Origin: a virus
Taxonomy: Duplodnaviria; Caudoviricetes
Virus record (IMG/VR): IMGVR_UViG_3300013121_000005
Location: 64,001 to 128,000 of that record
Length of the DNA: 64,000 nt
Reading direction: 5' to 3' (one strand)
This document shows, piece by piece, positions 57,301-64,000 of this stretch. The notes beneath the pieces are model-generated. The model saw only the letters and a list, made by a program, of their open reading frames with translations. It was not told the origin of the DNA and did no database searches. Within the stretch, counting starts at the first letter, position 1. The number at the start of each line of letters is the position of its first letter. The position numbers and the translations under genes are program-made.

Positions 57301-58619
57301 CGAACCCAATTGGGTCGGCAGGTGTGGGTACCCCTGGGCAAACCTACACGGACGCTCGTACAGGGCTCCGGTTTACGGTTCTCCCTGCATTGGATGGGTC
57401 CTACAATACCAGTGGTTACTTTACACTGGATGTGTCCCCTACCTGGAAGGTGAACCCTTCGGTTTCGTACCTTTCGGTACCTGGTCTGGAGTTGATTGTT
57501 GCGAACACGGTTAACGTGGGAGTCAACGATACAGCTCAACTCCAAACCTTCCACCCGTCTGGGGTGGAACCTCGGAACGGGGACTTCTACTTCGTATCGT
57601 ACCGGTTTTTGAAGCAAGACTACTCGACTCGAATCTATCGTCAATTCAAGACGATCGAGGCGAACTACGGGCGTCTTTCCCCTGAGAATCGGGTTACTTT
57701 TGCAGCCTACCTCGCAATCCTCAACGGGGCTGTTCTTGTTGGGATCAAGCAGGTTCTAAAGGTCCCCAATACGAACCAAGGGAGCGATCAGTCGTTTATC
57801 GACGCGATCGGTAAACTTGCAACTCCCTTGCCGGGTAACATCAAGCCAGACATTCTGGTTCCTTTGGCTACCTCGACCGCAGTTTACTCGTATCTGACTC
57901 AACACTGCGAGGTGATGAGTAATATCCGTAACCAGTCGGAACGAATGGGCTTTATTGGTTTTGCAAGTGGCACTTCTCCAACGAATGCCCAGACGATTGC
58001 CAGGAGCCTTACGAGTCAGCGAGTGGTAGCGTTCTACCCAGATTCGGCAGTCATCACTCTTTCAAATGAAGTAGGTGAGACGTTTGAAGCTCTGGTGGAC
58101 GGTAGCTTCTTTGCAGCAGCGTTCTCGGGAGCTGCTGTAAGCCCCACTCTTGACGTCGCAACTCCTTACACCCGTCGTAGAGTTCAGGGGTTCACTCGTA
58201 TTCCACGCATTCTAGATGTGGTGGATATGAACCAGACAGCAGTGGCTGGGGTCACTCTATTGGAGGATTTGGACCCGATCATTCGAGTCCGTCAAGGTCT
58301 CACGACGAACATGACCTCGATTTTGACTCGCCTTCCAACGGTGACTCAGATTGCGGACCATGTGGGTATCAACTCGCGGTCTGTACTTGACGCCTTTGTG
58401 GGAACCAAGTTCTTGTCGAGTCGCGTAAACGAGGTTGAGGTCTCGATGACCAACCTCTTCAAGCAACTCATTCAACAAGAAATTGTTACTTCCTTCACTG
58501 GAATTTCAGCAGTTACAGATGTTGCGGACCCGACTGTCCTCAGGGCAGAGGCGTACTACCAGCCGATCTTCCCGCTCCTCTATCTGGTCTTGACTTTCAA
58601 CTTGCGAGCAAGAATCTAG
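54330..58619 (+). CDS. tail sheath protein (1429 aa, with large insertions)
   Basis: N-terminal YVPPGVYS; C-terminal HCEVMS..ERMG, DGSFFAAA, RVRQGLTT, FVGTK, YYQPIFPLLYLVLTF. Confidence 0.9.
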   Translation: MALGPFDPYVPPGVYSRSLTEANVASLIAGLRIPTLIGVGQEELEQLDLEMVRGSSSTLDQKVTNEDVTARWVVSDVNPQNLVLGVNSGALTRFVVRNFPIVDGQGFGRTTNDVRSVAVTVDGVPVAVGAVRGATGEIILQVPPPPGGVVRCTYFFHRGDTAFTDDVSSQVTTTNAEITTPGYETFAIVSGSNDIFKIKVNGLEATVVFVAAAAATASSLKTQIDAAAIPGLATSVFTANNGALQLKFSATTSLEIGDGTANGVLGLSAGQKTARNVSFRTFQRPIVDGTSGGITTTDTSKVVVKVNSVQVIPTSVDGTNGVVTLPTAPPPGAVVQITYFANTWQDTFDYLPNTLVTNVIRAGISSGRSDYIQNQDFVISNPSPDVSIIHWGTSYSISSTLRSPGAEPFDDSQITPTLVDDKLWNALCTRYVDTSVTPAKTSSTEFLLPAVPTTGNGRDSVLGQTLYSTVTNSRQSSLTTSRPDLVVVRVGRTLRDALGRPAAKVLAVDGPNRKVTLKDPVPPDFNAYATFYYNRITDDTFILTNKTPGPIGSGQFEVFSTLFNTNLMQVRFGVKGGGLVDTVQWPRGVEQIPDAFHFGGTPVSETVTVTFGTSAATSAVYTNKGAGPWSFYTPSSATWRTIVNGVTVTTSLAVATRGYLVSQLVALSGGGLAITLGTNDQLELTIDGTNISVTLPNGVAVTPAAIATAVNAAIDANIAFSGTAPNNLFTPVPSTNATYFVLRSYSTPAALPGGFDHKSYASIRQGTAETTLGFTTFQRADGTPTAVNKPATLLSSLAQPYAFTSGVDDTFKVRIDGVDFTVTINPASTTATLVAADINAVIASKGVASVGTLGNLNKIRITSNSNSDQSSVLILNGTSNPILGFSEGSFASQTRVGVQEVVDRLMDTVNFAVTTWSPPTPLATGAVAYPSTIGGATYLTIASVVVGTTSSIGFATGTNSAFNVLTGTQITPGTDGDTGEAAYDNFVVTSTNPIGSAGVGTPGQTYTDARTGLRFTVLPALDGSYNTSGYFTLDVSPTWKVNPSVSYLSVPGLELIVANTVNVGVNDTAQLQTFHPSGVEPRNGDFYFVSYRFLKQDYSTRIYRQFKTIEANYGRLSPENRVTFAAYLAILNGAVLVGIKQVLKVPNTNQGSDQSFIDAIGKLATPLPGNIKPDILVPLATSTAVYSYLTQHCEVMSNIRNQSERMGFIGFASGTSPTNAQTIARSLTSQRVVAFYPDSAVITLSNEVGETFEALVDGSFFAAAFSGAAVSPTLDVATPYTRRRVQGFTRIPRILDVVDMNQTAVAGVTLLEDLDPIIRVRQGLTTNMTSILTRLPTVTQIADHVGINSRSVLDAFVGTKFLSSRVNEVEVSMTNLFKQLIQQEIVTSFTGISAVTDVADPTVLRAEAYYQPIFPLLYLVLTFNLRARI

Positions 58620-58730
58620 CAGGTCAGGAGGGCAAGGGGCATCCAGCCGTGACATAGGTCCGCCGCTAAAGCGGCACCTGTCACGGCTGGTGTGCATTTT
58701 GCCTCAGACCTTGTTCGTCTTGCCCTTTCC
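58619..58730 (+). other. long intergenic stem-loop after the sheath gene
   Basis: CCAGCCGTGACA/TGTCACGGCTGG 12-bp perfect stem with inner GCCGC-TAAA-GCGGC and outer arms. Confidence 0.7.
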
Positions 58731-58756
58731 CGCTCCTCGGTTTGAAAGAGAGAAGC

Positions 58757-60835
58757 ATGGACGTTCTCAAAGCTCTAGTGGCGGTTCGTAAGGCTATTCG
58801 GGTTGCCACCATCCGATTGAACGAAGTTGGGGACCGGGTAGAGGTCTCGGGGCCCTATAGCGAGATGGTAGCTATCAACCCTAAACTTAAGTCTAGGGGA
58901 TTTTGGTGGGACCCCTCGAAGAAAGTTTGGTGGATCTCTAGGGGTAAGTTGACAGACCGACAGATGCAAGGGCTAAATGACCTTCTGTATGGGAAGTCTA
59001 AGAGCAAGGAAGAACCAGCAAAAGACACCACGCAGGAACTCACTGATCTGTTTGACCAAGCCGCAGGAGAGAAACTTGTTGGGTTTGACTTTGTGAAACT
59101 TCGTGGGGGGTTGACCCTCTCTGGGCGTACCTTTGACTTGACAAGGGAAATCAAGAAGGCGGGAGGCTTTTGGCGGGCTGATTCCAAAGAGTGGTGGTTC
59201 TCTGTCAGTGAGACGAATCTCGATGGTTTCAAGCTATTGTTGCGGGACCTAAAGCGTGAGTCGAAGGTTTTTGAGGGTCGTCAGAAGGATGTCCTGGACT
59301 TGGTGGGGGGCCAGGATCGGAAATGGCCCAGACTTAGAGTTTGGGTTCAAGTAAGTCCAGATGGGAAAGGTATTCCTCAAGTAGTCGTTGGGGGGGACAC
59401 TAAACCCGTGTACTTGCTAATCAAGGAGTGCCTCTCAGAGGTTCGTTTCGGAGGTTCGTCTTGGTCGGTACCTGCATTAGCAACAAGTAAAGACGAGTTG
59501 ACTAGACTCTTTTCAAAGCTTGACAAACAGGAAGCGGCTAAGGAAGAGGTTGAGGGAAAGGCCCCACAGAAGCGAGAAAACTCCCGAGGGGCCCATTGTG
59601 AACGGTGTGGAGTTTGGGTCCCTCCTGGGGAAGGCTACCTTCAACAGGAGCTGAACTCAGATGATGAGGACTTCGTGTGGAAGGTTTTCCACAAGGATGT
59701 GGAAGTCTGCAAAAAGCGTCTTGAAGAGGTGAAGCTCCAGCGGGAGTTGGCTCAAACGCAAAAGGAAGCGTTTCGGAACCTCCACAGGCTAATTGCAACT
59801 CCAGGTAACTACGTGTCTGGGAAGAACATCATCCCTCCCGGGCAAGAGATTCCGTTGTCAGGTAGTGGGTCTCGCCTTTATGGGGGAGGGACATGGCTTG
59901 TTCTAGAGCCTGATGGCCGACATGTGTGGTATGTCCAGAACAACGGCGCTGATGGGGATGATTGGGCACGGAATAATATCCAAACTGGTGGGGCTGGCGC
60001 CATTGGGTGGCGTGCGGCTGTGACAGATGAGCTTCAAGTTTTGATTGACGCTGTTTCTGGGAAGAAGACGGCTTCCTATTCCTATGATAGGACAGCGAAG
60101 TCATTTGACCTCCAGAGATGGGGCTTAGGGGGTCTTCTTCAGGGGGAGCCCGTTGTTTTGTACCACGGTACAACTCGAACCTTCAAAGCGTTTGACCTCT
60201 CGAAAAGTCGGGAGGATCTCGTCAACAAGTACTACGGCAGGGGTATTTTCTTGGTCCCCTCGAAGCGGATTGCGGAACAGTACGCCGAAGCCAATCGTAA
60301 TATCGGCTTTGACCCTTCGATTGTTGACGACTTGAAAATGCGCAACCCTGGTGCGGGCAAGTTCATGGAGGAGTTGGTTGCCCGTGGGGATGATGTTTGG
60401 GAGGACCTCACCCCTGATAAGTTAGGGGTGGAGCCTGGTGAACAATTCCAGGAGGCTGTCGTTCGGATGGTTGGAGGTGTAGACCCTAACACGATTGCGG
60501 ATGTGGCTAGGTACGTCCTCGGCAGTAAGCTCTCCCTCTCCTTCAGTGAAGAGCCAGTTCACATTTTCAACATGAGTACTGGTATGCCTGAGTACATGTA
60601 CGCGAACTTGGATGAGTTGGGTTTGGATTCAGAGGTCTATCGCCCGAAAGTTTACAAAGTGGCTGTCAAGGTAGAAAACGTTCTTGTCACAGCTAGTAAG
60701 TCTGAGGCTCGTAAGGCGCAGTCTAGGGGGTATGATTGTGTCGTTTTCCATGGTTCGGATCTTGTAGGTGGTGTCCCAGAGGTTGCGGTCTTTAGCCCCC
60801 ATAGGGTCAAGATTCTTGGTTATGAAGTGGTGTAG
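58757..60835 (+). CDS. multidomain protein: three GxxW..W modules, Zn-like motif, and C-terminal H-type ADP-ribosyltransferase-like domain
   Basis: LKSRGFWWDPSKKVW, IKKAGGFWRADSKEW; CERCG..H..C; after KTASYSYDRTA: LYHGT..FD..GRGIFL..AEQYA..GYDCVVF..EVAVFSP. Confidence 0.7.
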   Translation: MDVLKALVAVRKAIRVATIRLNEVGDRVEVSGPYSEMVAINPKLKSRGFWWDPSKKVWWISRGKLTDRQMQGLNDLLYGKSKSKEEPAKDTTQELTDLFDQAAGEKLVGFDFVKLRGGLTLSGRTFDLTREIKKAGGFWRADSKEWWFSVSETNLDGFKLLLRDLKRESKVFEGRQKDVLDLVGGQDRKWPRLRVWVQVSPDGKGIPQVVVGGDTKPVYLLIKECLSEVRFGGSSWSVPALATSKDELTRLFSKLDKQEAAKEEVEGKAPQKRENSRGAHCERCGVWVPPGEGYLQQELNSDDEDFVWKVFHKDVEVCKKRLEEVKLQRELAQTQKEAFRNLHRLIATPGNYVSGKNIIPPGQEIPLSGSGSRLYGGGTWLVLEPDGRHVWYVQNNGADGDDWARNNIQTGGAGAIGWRAAVTDELQVLIDAVSGKKTASYSYDRTAKSFDLQRWGLGGLLQGEPVVLYHGTTRTFKAFDLSKSREDLVNKYYGRGIFLVPSKRIAEQYAEANRNIGFDPSIVDDLKMRNPGAGKFMEELVARGDDVWEDLTPDKLGVEPGEQFQEAVVRMVGGVDPNTIADVARYVLGSKLSLSFSEEPVHIFNMSTGMPEYMYANLDELGLDSEVYRPKVYKVAVKVENVLVTASKSEARKAQSRGYDCVVFHGSDLVGGVPEVAVFSPHRVKILGYEVV

Positions 60836-60841
60836 TGAGGA

Positions 60842-60851
60842 TCTTTCTATC
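60842..60851 (+). promoter_or_regulatory. variant of putative late-promoter motif (TCTTTCTATC)
   Basis: Lies in a 33-nt intergenic gap, 17 nt before ATG 60869. Confidence 0.35.
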
Positions 60852-60868
60852 TCTTAGGTAGTAACAGA

Positions 60869-63800
60869 ATGAATGCACTTGAAGCTATTCGTAGAGTGAT
60901 CTCTCATCGTCCCTCCGTGGCTTCGGGGTCCGGCCCCGGCCCCGAACAAGAAGACTTGGGGGAGGTTCAGGTAGCCGAGTACGTAATTCTTCTGCTAGCG
61001 GTGGATACTTACATCCGCTATGTTGAGGAGGCTACTGGGCAAGAGGACCCGCTCGACGAAGTAATCGACAAGGGCATTCGCCTCATTAGGCTGGCAGATG
61101 CGAACTTGGACAGCATCACTGCGTTCATGTCTGGGCACTTGGCGACAGACTCTCACAAGAAGATGCTCAGTAAGTACCTTGCGATCCGTGGGACAACTTC
61201 CCAAGGGGTAGGGCGCCGGGCACTAGGTCTTCGTACGGTTCTTTCGAGGGGTGGCCCTAACACACTTCGGGGGGTTTTTGGTACTTCCAACAAGGCGCTC
61301 AAGCAGGTCCGTGAGGCCATGGCTGCGGCGATGATGGATGACCCAGATATCGCGCTTGACCAGTTTGCGAAAATCCCTCTTCCCAATATGAGGGTTCGGG
61401 GGTGGATTAAACTGGCGGCAGATACAGCCGTGTCTAAGCAACTCCCCGCAAATGTCGTGGAAGTTGGAGCTAAGGAGGCAGTTGACGAGAATGCGAAGAT
61501 TCTTGCTCAAGGCGTAGAGCAGGCAGCGGCCTCTGGGGCAAGTGCTAGCAAGGCAGCTCAAGATGAGCAGACTCGTCGACTTCAGAAGGTCCAGGAGGAA
61601 GCGACTGCGGCAGCCCAACAGGCCCTTGCGCAGTCGGGGGAGCCTGATGTCCCACTTACCAAGTCCGAGGTGGTAGGGGTGGCTGTAGCAGCGGCTACGG
61701 CTGCGTTGAGTGACCCATCAAATCCTCAAAATATCCCAGAGTCTCTACGTGGTCTCGATGATGAGCAGCGAGCAGCCGCTCTGACGGATGGGCGGGTTGG
61801 GGTTTTTGCTGGGGCTGGTTCGGGTAAGTCCACAACGCTTGTGGCTCGGGTAGCTTACCTTGTTCGGGATCGTCGAGCTACACCAAGTAAGATTCTTGTC
61901 ACTAGCTTCAACACCAAAGCGGCTTCGGAGTTGAAGGAAAAGATTGGCCGAGCTGCGGGTGGGGATGCCCTTCAGCAGATGTCGGTTGGGACGATGCACT
62001 CCCTTTTCCGTCGGTTCGTAATCGAATTCGGTACGCCAGTTGAAAAGACTTCGTTGACCGTTGGGTTCGTTCAGGGAGGAGAAAGGGTAGCTTACGCGGT
62101 TCAGAAAATTTGGGAGGAGTGCTACGGCAATAAGGAACCGCCCCCCAAGTTGAAGACTGCGACGATGAGCAAGGCCAAGTGGTCTGGGAATGATATTTCG
62201 CCTGAGATGGCAAAGAGCCAAGCGACTTCTTCGGAAGAGGAATCCCTCGCTAGGTGGTACGAAATCTACGAGGGGCTTAAGGGCACCTCTGGCGGCGATT
62301 GGCAACCTCCTTGTGTGTCGAAAGCCTACGAGAGCTTCATGGCGAAGTATCGCTCTAAGGTTTCTCGTCTTGGGGATTTCACGGATATGCTCAAAATCTT
62401 CAGGGATATCCTTAAGCGGAATCCTGCTGTGCGAGCTAAGGTCCAGGGGATGTTTGACCACATCATTGTGGACGAGGCGCAAGACCGGAATACGCTTATG
62501 TCAGACATCATCGACATGATGTCTGAGCACATTACGGACGGTTCCGACGGCAAGTCCGTGTGGATCGTCGGCGATGACAAGCAGGCCATCAACTCCTTCC
62601 AAGGCGCAAAGGCCCAGCTCTTCAAGGAGTTGTTCGACAAAGAGGGCTGGAAGACTCGTACCATTCGTACGAATTACCGCTGTGAGCCGGAGATTGTGGA
62701 CGCTGCAAATCGTCTCATTGGGAATAATGAGGGGAATGTCCCGATCCCTCAAGTTCCGGCACCCGGTCGTAAGCGGGGGGTAGGGAGCATTCAAGTTCGG
62801 AAGCCTGGAGATGAGGCGGAAGCTGCCATTGGAGTAGTTGCTGAGATTAAACAGAATCAGGTTCTTGGTGGGGACTTGACTGACAACGCGATTCTATGTC
62901 GAACCAATAAGGAGCTTCACTCTTACGAAACAGCCTGCATCATTCGAGGTATCCCTTACGCTCGTCGGGGTGCGGGTTCGTTTCTTGGATCTCCCGAGAC
63001 GGCTGCTGTGCTTGGTTATGTCCAAATGTCAACCGGTACAGATTACGAGAAGATGCAAAAGTCTCTCGGTCAGGTCATCAACAATCCAAATCGCTTCTTT
63101 TTGTCTGACTCAAAGAAGAATGCGCCTGAGGCTGTTGAGCAAGCCCTTTCTCAGTACGCTAGGATTACGAGGCGTAGTGTCAAAGAGATCAACCCCATTG
63201 AAGCCCTTGGGGACAGAACATTTGTACGACTACTAGCGGATTCCCTAGCTAAGTTCACACATACAGGTCGTGGTTTCAAGTTTGAAGAGAAAATTTACGA
63301 CTTTGCCGCAGCCCTGCAAGACCTTCGTGCGCGTGCAACGAGTGAGGATTACACGACAAAGGACCTCTTTGATGACATCCTTGGACTAGAGGGCGTCGCA
63401 ATTGTGGGCGGGAAGTTTGTCACTCAAACGTTCAGAGAGAGTCTCCAGGCTAATCTTCGTGACGCTCTAGGTAGCGAAGAAGAGAGAGTAGACGAGGGGG
63501 AGGAGGATGATGATCCTACGAAGGGTCTAGGGAACGTATCTTTCCTTTACAAGCTGGCAGAATCCGATCCAACGGATGAAGAGGACGCGATTCTTCCCCC
63601 TACGTCTCCTGTAGGATTTGCGGCGAAGATGTCTCGATATGCCAATAAGATGCGTGATCTGCGCACGGATATCGACAAGTGGAACAAGGAACAAGATGCG
63701 CTTCCTCCTGAGCAGCGTCGGCGACCACCTGGGGTGTACATTGGTACTGTACACTCGGTGAAGGGCGCACAATGGAAAACCACCTTTGTGCAGATGCCAA

Positions 63801-64000
63801 AGGGCAAGTTTCCCATTGAGATTAAGCCTAAGCCGGGGGAGCCCCCGCCTGATCCTGCCAAGGAACAGGAAAGGTGGGAGGATGAGCGTCGGCTTGCCTA
63901 CGTAGCCCTCACCCGAGCTGCCCAGAATCTACGTGTGGTTTGTCCTACGGTGGTTGGGGGTAAGGCTGCTGGGGTCAGTTCGTTCGTGTCTGAAGCTGGG
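60869..64000 (+). CDS. UvrD/PcrA SF1 helicase with ~290-aa N-terminal extension (truncated by window end, not in the ORF track)
   Basis: LDDEQRAA, FAGAGSGKSTTL, SFNTKAA, TMHS, VDEAQD, VGDDKQAINSFQGA, NYR, TVHSVKG, ERRLAYVALTRA. Confidence 0.93.
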   Translation, partial: MNALEAIRRVISHRPSVASGSGPGPEQEDLGEVQVAEYVILLLAVDTYIRYVEEATGQEDPLDEVIDKGIRLIRLADANLDSITAFMSGHLATDSHKKMLSKYLAIRGTTSQGVGRRALGLRTVLSRGGPNTLRGVFGTSNKALKQVREAMAAAMMDDPDIALDQFAKIPLPNMRVRGWIKLAADTAVSKQLPANVVEVGAKEAVDENAKILAQGVEQAAASGASASKAAQDEQTRRLQKVQEEATAAAQQALAQSGEPDVPLTKSEVVGVAVAAATAALSDPSNPQNIPESLRGLDDEQRAAALTDGRVGVFAGAGSGKSTTLVARVAYLVRDRRATPSKILVTSFNTKAASELKEKIGRAAGGDALQQMSVGTMHSLFRRFVIEFGTPVEKTSLTVGFVQGGERVAYAVQKIWEECYGNKEPPPKLKTATMSKAKWSGNDISPEMAKSQATSSEEESLARWYEIYEGLKGTSGGDWQPPCVSKAYESFMAKYRSKVSRLGDFTDMLKIFRDILKRNPAVRAKVQGMFDHIIVDEAQDRNTLMSDIIDMMSEHITDGSDGKSVWIVGDDKQAINSFQGAKAQLFKELFDKEGWKTRTIRTNYRCEPEIVDAANRLIGNNEGNVPIPQVPAPGRKRGVGSIQVRKPGDEAEAAIGVVAEIKQNQVLGGDLTDNAILCRTNKELHSYETACIIRGIPYARRGAGSFLGSPETAAVLGYVQMSTGTDYEKMQKSLGQVINNPNRFFLSDSKKNAPEAVEQALSQYARITRRSVKEINPIEALGDRTFVRLLADSLAKFTHTGRGFKFEEKIYDFAAALQDLRARATSEDYTTKDLFDDILGLEGVAIVGGKFVTQTFRESLQANLRDALGSEEERVDEGEEDDDPTKGLGNVSFLYKLAESDPTDEEDAILPPTSPVGFAAKMSRYANKMRDLRTDIDKWNKEQDALPPEQRRRPPGVYIGTVHSVKGAQWKTTFVQMPKGKFPIEIKPKPGEPPPDPAKEQERWEDERRLAYVALTRAAQNLRVVCPTVVGGKAAGVSSFVSEAG

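Noticed and set aside
60869-64000. Apparent 3-kb non-coding or fragmented region in the ORF track
   Set aside because: It is one open frame (UvrD helicase) omitted because its stop codon lies outside the window.

Overview
This window is a 64-kb piece of a large (probably jumbo) tailed myovirus-like phage genome; every credible gene lies on the + strand, many with ATGA/TGATG overlaps. The left part (1-9.7 kb) is a replication/recombination/transcription block: Fe-S PD-(D/E)XK nuclease, beta-clamp-like protein, C-terminal half of an SMC/Rad50-type ATPase, TOPRIM primase, DnaX clamp loader, an in-frame NusG-5'-3' exonuclease fusion and a sigma-region-4-like protein. The rest (9.8-64 kb) is a virion morphogenesis region: terminase large subunit with a LAGLIDADG intein, portal, prohead protease, Gln-rich scaffold, decoration protein, HK97-type major capsid protein, neck/tail-completion candidates and a 1429-aa tail sheath. 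Enzymes are interleaved with these structural genes: topoisomerase IB, two ADP-ribosyltransferase-like domains, a Dps/ferritin-like protein, an actin-like ATPase, HU, and a UvrD/PcrA helicase (missing from the ORF track because it runs off the window). Best candidates for something new: (1) recurrent K/R-x-A|S ('KTAS') and 'RVAARF/Y' peptide motifs at domain boundaries of head proteins and of these enzymes, suggesting a protease-processed capsid-cargo addressing system; (2) the NusG-nuclease fusion, together with a shared promoter-like motif and AGATG hexamer arrays in the leaders of major structural genes; (3) three portal-adjacent paralogues of the capsid decoration protein. All calls come from reading motifs by eye; no database searches were run.
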